From Arsenophonus sp. (GTDB lineage Bacteria > Pseudomonadota > Gammaproteobacteria > Enterobacterales > Enterobacteriaceae): a DNA stretch of 64,000 nt. The stretch covers positions 340,678 to 404,677 of the forward strand of contig CP132909.1 of assembly GCA_031446125.1 (NCBI GenBank). Direction: 5' to 3'. The translations under genes were made by a program, and so were the position numbers. This document shows, piece after piece, positions 58,627 to 64,000 of this stretch (positions are counted from its first letter, which is position 1; each line of letters starts with the position of its first letter). Under the pieces are notes generated by a model that worked only from the letters and a program-made list of their open reading frames with translations, searched no databases and was not told the origin of the DNA.

Positions 58627-61600
58627 TTATGAATTACTAAATAATTTATCTAAACTATTAATAAATGGATAAACAGGAAGATTATAATAAATCCCATGCC
58701 CATGAGAATTTTTAGTATGAATACCACGCAAAAATATATATATAACTCCACCAAAATGTTTCTGATAATCATAATTAGGTAAACGATTACGCAAATAACG
58801 ATGAATAGCTAAAGTATACAATTGATATTGCAAATCATATCTATGATAAATCATAGAATTTTTTATTGCCTGCTGATTATATGAAAAAGAATCTTCTCCT
58901 AACCAATTTGATTTATAATCAATTAGATAAAATTTTTTTTTCCAAAAAACAATTAAATCAATATAACCTTTTAAAACTCCTTGTATTTGTTCAAAATTTA
59001 AAGGAGGAGAATTTTTAGATAAAAAATCATATCTATGCGCAAGATTATCTAATAATGATGGAGATAATATTTTTTTTATTGAAAAACAAAATTTCATTTC
59101 ATTTAATCGATATTCAGAAAGAATATTTGATAACCTAAAATCATTTTCAAGTAACGGTGCATTAAAAATATTAATTAACCAAATTTTAAGCACAGATGCC
59201 CATTCAGAAGAAAAACCAACTTCTTCTAATCTTTCTATTAACCAAGATTCTTTAGGATCTTCATTAAATGGTAATAATTCTAATATTGAATGCAAAAAAT
59301 TTCCGGCCATAACTCCTTTAGGAAAGGTATGAACATTTTTTTTAGATTCTTCCTTTTGAAATAAAAAATTATGAGCGTATTGATAATTTTTAAATTTAAA
59401 ATTTAATTTTTTTAAATTTATATCAACATTTAAATCACTATTAATAACTTTATTTGATAATGTAAAAATATCATTTTTTTTTAACTCTGAATAACTGGTT
59501 ACTCGCCAGATATTATTAATCTTTCCTGAAAATTTTTTAGCTAATAATTTTGTAACTCTTGTTTTTTTACAATAAGAAGAAAACTCATTGATATTATTAA
59601 CTAATGTAATACCAATATCTTTATTAACCAAAGATCTTAAAGTATCAAATAATAAAGCAGAACTACATTTTTTTCCTTTTTGTAATAAATAACCTAACGC
59701 ACTTTTATGTAAATCAGTATCACAAAGCGTCTCATTATGACGTTTTTTGCATAATGGTGCTATACCAACACTACAATGATAAATTGCACGTGTTAATGCA
59801 ACATATAAAAGACGTAAATCTTCTGCTAAACGTTCTTCATCAGATAATTTAAGATTTTTTGGATTATTTGTAAAATCTAAACATATTTTAAATTTTTTTC
59901 TTTCATGAAAAATTGCCAATTTTTGTTTCGAAAATTTACATATAAAGGGTAACCAAACAATTGGATATTCTAAACCTTTAGCTTTATGAATCGTACTAAT
60001 AGAAACAAAATTTGCATCACTTTCTAAACGCCTTTGTTGATTTTCTAATAATGGATCAGGTTTATCAATTTGTTGTGCTAACCAACGAATAATGGCATTT
60101 TTATTATGAAATTCTAATTCGGATTCTTGTAATAATTCAAATAAATGCATAACATCCATGAGACGTCTTTCTCCATTTATAGTATCATTAAGTAAGTTTT
60201 TAGCTATACGTTGCTTACTTACCATATCTCTAAACATTGCTAAAATACCATAACGTTCCCAAATTAATAAATAATGATGAAATTCTTTTATCCACATTTC
60301 TAACTGATTGTCATTTTTATTCAATTCTTCAATTTCTTGTGCACTTAGGCCTATTAAAGCTGTCGCCAAAGAACGTCGAAGAGTTTCTTCGCTTTCTGGT
60401 GAAAGAACCGCTTGCAATAACCATAATATATCACGTGCTTCTGTAGAAGAAAAAACACTTTCATAATTAGAAAGCAAAACCGATGAAATATTAAATTTAC
60501 GCAATTCTTCTTGTATAATTTTTGATTCACAACGATTTCTTACTAATATCACAATATCAGAAGCAGTTAATATTTTTTTCTGATCATTTTTATATAACCA
60601 CGTAGTTCCATCATCTCCTCCTTTTAACCAATGATAAATTTGATTAGCGCACTGATATGCCATTATTTTTTGATATTCAGTTATTGACACTTGATCTTTA
60701 TCAAGATAATTAAAATTTAATGCTGAAACTTGTTCTTTTTGATGAATGAAACCTAAATTTTCATTAATATAACCTGAATTAACTGAATGAAATGGTATTT
60801 GTTTAAATATAAATGGATTTTTAACACGACTAAATAAATGATTGATCGCTGCTACCATATTTAATGAAGAGCGCCAATTAGTATCTAATCTATAATGTGA
60901 TTGAATTTTATTTTTAGCTTTTATATAACTAAAAATATCAGCACCACGAAAAGCATAAATAGCCTGTTTAGGATCTCCTATGAAAAATATACCGGAATAT
61001 TTATATCCATCATAAATACTTTCAAAAATTTTATTTTGTTTTGAATCCGTATCTTGATATTCATCTATCATTACTACCGGATAAGAATTACGAATCATAT
61101 TTCTCAAGCGTTCACTGTTTTTTGTATGTAATATATGCTCTAATTTATCTAATAAATCATCAAATCCTATTTTTTCACGTTCTATTTTTTCTTTCAAAAG
61201 AATTTTACGCACATCAATAATAGCTTTTGAGAGAAAAATATTACGTAATGTATTAGATTTTTTTAAAAACTTATTAATAGAGCAAAAAACTTTATGCTTT
61301 GGTATTTCATGATCAACATGTGTTTTATTAGTTAATTCAGATTGAGAAAAACGAATTAATTCTTTTGGTATTTTATAGTCTATTGTATTTGATTGTGCCC
61401 ATTTAGTAACTATATCTATCCAAATTAATAAATTACGGCTATTATAAATTCGTTTATTAATCCCTGAAGCCATAATCAAATCAAAAAAATCATTAAAATT
61501 TAAAATCCATATTTTTTTTATTATATTAATATTATTAATTATTATTTCATGACATTCAGTGATTGATTGAAATTTAATTGATTTATTTAAAAAAAAAGGT

Positions 61601-62229
61601 ATTTCTCCTTGTAAATAAGGCTTAATTTCATCTAAAAGTGCTTCTGGACCACTCCATTCATTTATGATAATTTTTAATATTTCATACTTTAATGGATAAC
61701 AATTAGATCGCCAAAAATCAGCACAAGCCTGTCTTTGCAAAAAAAATTCATTTTTTATTATTGATTGTCTAAATAACATTTTTGATTCAAGCGCATTATG
61801 TGATAATATTTTTCTACAAAATCCATGTATTGTATAAATTGCTGCTTCATCCATCTGCTCTTCAGCAGATAATAACCATTTAGCAGCTGCATTTTTATCT
61901 ATAATAGAAAAAAGTAAGATTTTGTATATTGATTTTTTTGAAAAACCAAACCCATTTCTGATACAAGCCATCCTCATCTGAGAAATATTATAACGAATAC
62001 GTGCTCGTAACTCATTTGTTGCAGCTTCAGTAAAAGTTAGTACTAAAATCTCTTTAACATTTAATCGTTTAAAAAAAGAATTTTTTCCAATTTTTAATAA
62101 TAACCGTAAATAAAGCAAAGCTATGGTATAGGTTTTTCCTGTTCCAGCTGAAGCTTCTATAAGTCTCTGACCATAAAGTGGTAAATTATAAGGATTTAAC
62201 TGAAAGATTTTTGTTTGTTTATTCTCCAT
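58627..62229 (-). CDS. recB: Exodeoxyribonuclease V beta subunit RecB
   Basis: 1200 aa. Helicase motif I (IEASAGTGKTYT), DEYQDTD, and the C-terminal nuclease motif GYIDLIVFWKKKFYLIDYKSN are visible. Confidence 0.94.
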   Translation of the reverse strand: MENKQTKIFQLNPYNLPLYGQRLIEASAGTGKTYTIALLYLRLLLKIGKNSFFKRLNVKEILVLTFTEAATNELRARIRYNISQMRMACIRNGFGFSKKSIYKILLFSIIDKNAAAKWLLSAEEQMDEAAIYTIHGFCRKILSHNALESKMLFRQSIIKNEFFLQRQACADFWRSNCYPLKYEILKIIINEWSGPEALLDEIKPYLQGEIPFFLNKSIKFQSITECHEIIINNINIIKKIWILNFNDFFDLIMASGINKRIYNSRNLLIWIDIVTKWAQSNTIDYKIPKELIRFSQSELTNKTHVDHEIPKHKVFCSINKFLKKSNTLRNIFLSKAIIDVRKILLKEKIEREKIGFDDLLDKLEHILHTKNSERLRNMIRNSYPVVMIDEYQDTDSKQNKIFESIYDGYKYSGIFFIGDPKQAIYAFRGADIFSYIKAKNKIQSHYRLDTNWRSSLNMVAAINHLFSRVKNPFIFKQIPFHSVNSGYINENLGFIHQKEQVSALNFNYLDKDQVSITEYQKIMAYQCANQIYHWLKGGDDGTTWLYKNDQKKILTASDIVILVRNRCESKIIQEELRKFNISSVLLSNYESVFSSTEARDILWLLQAVLSPESEETLRRSLATALIGLSAQEIEELNKNDNQLEMWIKEFHHYLLIWERYGILAMFRDMVSKQRIAKNLLNDTINGERRLMDVMHLFELLQESELEFHNKNAIIRWLAQQIDKPDPLLENQQRRLESDANFVSISTIHKAKGLEYPIVWLPFICKFSKQKLAIFHERKKFKICLDFTNNPKNLKLSDEERLAEDLRLLYVALTRAIYHCSVGIAPLCKKRHNETLCDTDLHKSALGYLLQKGKKCSSALLFDTLRSLVNKDIGITLVNNINEFSSYCKKTRVTKLLAKKFSGKINNIWRVTSYSELKKNDIFTLSNKVINSDLNVDINLKKLNFKFKNYQYAHNFLFQKEESKKNVHTFPKGVMAGNFLHSILELLPFNEDPKESWLIERLEEVGFSSEWASVLKIWLINIFNAPLLENDFRLSNILSEYRLNEMKFCFSIKKILSPSLLDNLAHRYDFLSKNSPPLNFEQIQGVLKGYIDLIVFWKKKFYLIDYKSNWLGEDSFSYNQQAIKNSMIYHRYDLQYQLYTLAIHRYLRNRLPNYDYQKHFGGVIYIFLRGIHTKNSHGHGIYYNLPVYPFINSLDKLFSNS

Positions 62230-63061
62230 TTTTATTTTCCGTATTCAATATTTTTTTATAAATTTAAATACCATTTTAACAAAATGATTAAAATATTAAA
62301 TTTATAATAAATATACTTATCAATTTTTTTAAAATACAGTAAGAAATTTTTTAACAGCATATTTTAATGAATACTTTGTTAAAATAATTAAATAAATTTT
62401 AAAATATTTCTTATAGATATTTTTAAACATATAATTTTTTTTAAACATTTATTTAAAATAGATAATAGAAAAAACATAAACAAAATATTAATGGTATATC
62501 ATTATGATATTTTTAATTATATAATGTATAAAATAAGAAAATAATTTTTATAAATATTAACTATTATATTCTATATAATTTTTATAACTTTATCTTTTAT
62601 TTTTATTTTAAAAAATTTATACTTTTTATATAATGAATAGAAATTATTTTATAAAAAATTTTAAATTAAAATAAAAAAAAACAAAAAACCCTTCTAAAAT
62701 TTAAAAAATATCTAATTTAAACAAATATTAACAATCAGTCATAAATAATTTTATTATTTAATTTTATAAAATTACTAATCATTAATTATTATTGAATAAT
62801 ACATTTCTAAAAAAATTTTTAATAAACTATTTTAGTATTATCTTATTAAAATTGTTGATTAATCTCATATATTGTAATCGTAAAAATTATGAATCATAAT
62901 TTTATATTAATATCCAAATTAAATAAAAATTAAATAGTTTATAAAAAATAGAAAAATCTAATTGTTTTTGAATTATAGAATTTTTTTATTATATATATTG
63001 TAAAATATATATACGTACATTTATTTTAATAAATAAAAAATATATCTCAAAATGTATATAA

Positions 63062-64000
63062 TTAAATATTATTTTTTTTTAAAAAAATTGCCATTGGTAA
63101 TAAATAAAGCAAAGTATTCTTTTTTATTTCATGTAACAAATTACGATCTACTTTAGTAAAAACACGTTTAATATAAATATTTTGTATTTCTCCTGATTGA
63201 TTATAAGTACCTTCTAAAGATTTTATAAGTTGTATATTTGCTTTTTTTAAAATAACATCTGATTTAAAATTAAATTGATCATTTTTTTTATCATAACACA
63301 ACATTAACCATTTCCAACCACTTTTTAATAAAAGTGGTAACGGTTTATTTATCCCTTCTTTATAACCATGAATTAATTGTTGCAAATATATTTTTGCTTG
63401 ACATTTATTTACCGTATTAAAACACCATTCAGTATTATTTATACCAAAAAAATAACTTTGTCCAAAATTAAATATTATGCAAAAAACTAAATGTTCTATC
63501 CATAATGATAACCCATCAACAACTGTTAACTTGGCAGGACGATAACGGATTACTCCGCTTTTTTGAATATTTTGTAATTCTCCAATTAAATCAATTTTTT
63601 CAAAAGATTCCACAAAAAATTTACTAAAAGGTTTTCTACAATGCATTTTTATTTTAGAAGCTAATAGCTGCATATCTTTAATTTCTTTTTCCCAATAAAT
63701 ACGCGCAAAATTTTTAGCTGGTAATTTACCAGTTGCAAAAAAAATTGAAAATAATATTTCCAATTGTTCTTCATTAAGAATAGCATTGAGCAAAAACTTA
63801 TTAAGTTTATATTTTTCCAAATTATTTAAAAAAAAAGGTTCTTCTTCTGGTAATTGAATTACTTCATTTAAAAAATTAATTTTTAATCTTTTTTTAAAAA
63901 AAGCAGAAATAGGATTTCGATAAAAAAATAATAATTCTTCTAATAAAATTTCATTACAAACTTCTATTTTTGGCAATAACCCAGTACAAAAAATGGACTC
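63062..64000 (-). CDS. recC: Exodeoxyribonuclease V gamma subunit RecC, C-terminal part; 5' end lies outside the window
   Basis: The frame stays open beyond the track's TTG at 63976 up to base 64000 (ESIFCTGLLPKIE...). RNPISAFFKKRLKINF, LWIEHLVFC and LIHGYKEGINKPLPLL parallel the E. coli RecC C-terminus. Confidence 0.9.
   Translation of the reverse strand, partial: ESIFCTGLLPKIEVCNEILLEELLFFYRNPISAFFKKRLKINFLNEVIQLPEEEPFFLNNLEKYKLNKFLLNAILNEEQLEILFSIFFATGKLPAKNFARIYWEKEIKDMQLLASKIKMHCRKPFSKFFVESFEKIDLIGELQNIQKSGVIRYRPAKLTVVDGLSLWIEHLVFCIIFNFGQSYFFGINNTEWCFNTVNKCQAKIYLQQLIHGYKEGINKPLPLLLKSGWKWLMLCYDKKNDQFNFKSDVILKKANIQLIKSLEGTYNQSGEIQNIYIKRVFTKVDRNLLHEIKKNTLLYLLPMAIFLKKNNI

Overview
This window is very AT-rich and carries 41 recognisable housekeeping protein genes. 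All are close homologues of Escherichia coli core genes. They sit in blocks that keep E. coli gene order: tldD-yhdP-mreDCB, aroQ-accBC...fis, rpoH...rsmD...tusA, plsB-ubiA, proS-tilS-accA-dnaE-lpxBA-fabZ-lpxD-skp-bamA-rseP-cdsA-uppS-dxr-frr-pyrH-tsf-rpsB/map...dapD, and amiC-recD-recB...recC. The composition, the gene content and the missing accessory genes at syntenic positions fit a reduced-genome Enterobacterales insect endosymbiont of the Blochmannia/Wigglesworthia type. The exact taxon cannot be determined without a database search.

The called genes cover about 46.8 kb of 64 kb, roughly 73%. The rest is ORF-free, low-complexity AT-rich spacer, mostly where E. coli has genes that are absent here: rng/maf, panF-prmA-dusB, ftsYEX, ubiC, rnhB, glnD, argA and ptrA. 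I found no rRNA, tRNA, CRISPR array, transposase, integrase, phage, toxin-antitoxin or defence-like gene. I do not see a novel multi-gene system here.

The observations most worth follow-up are:
- ubiA is split by a 1-nt frameshift inside a T9 homopolymer. Both halves are otherwise intact, so transcriptional-slippage rescue is possible.
- yhdP is truncated to a 781-codon ORF that is still open.
- A 2.27-kb ORF-free tract sits at the ancestral ftsYEX position.
- A 1.59-kb spacer between uppS and dxr has no counterpart in E. coli gene order.
- The AmiC signal peptide has lost its twin-arginine motif.
- Several in-frame A9-A11 tracts lie inside essential genes.

All homology calls come from recognising translated motifs by eye. 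No searches were run.
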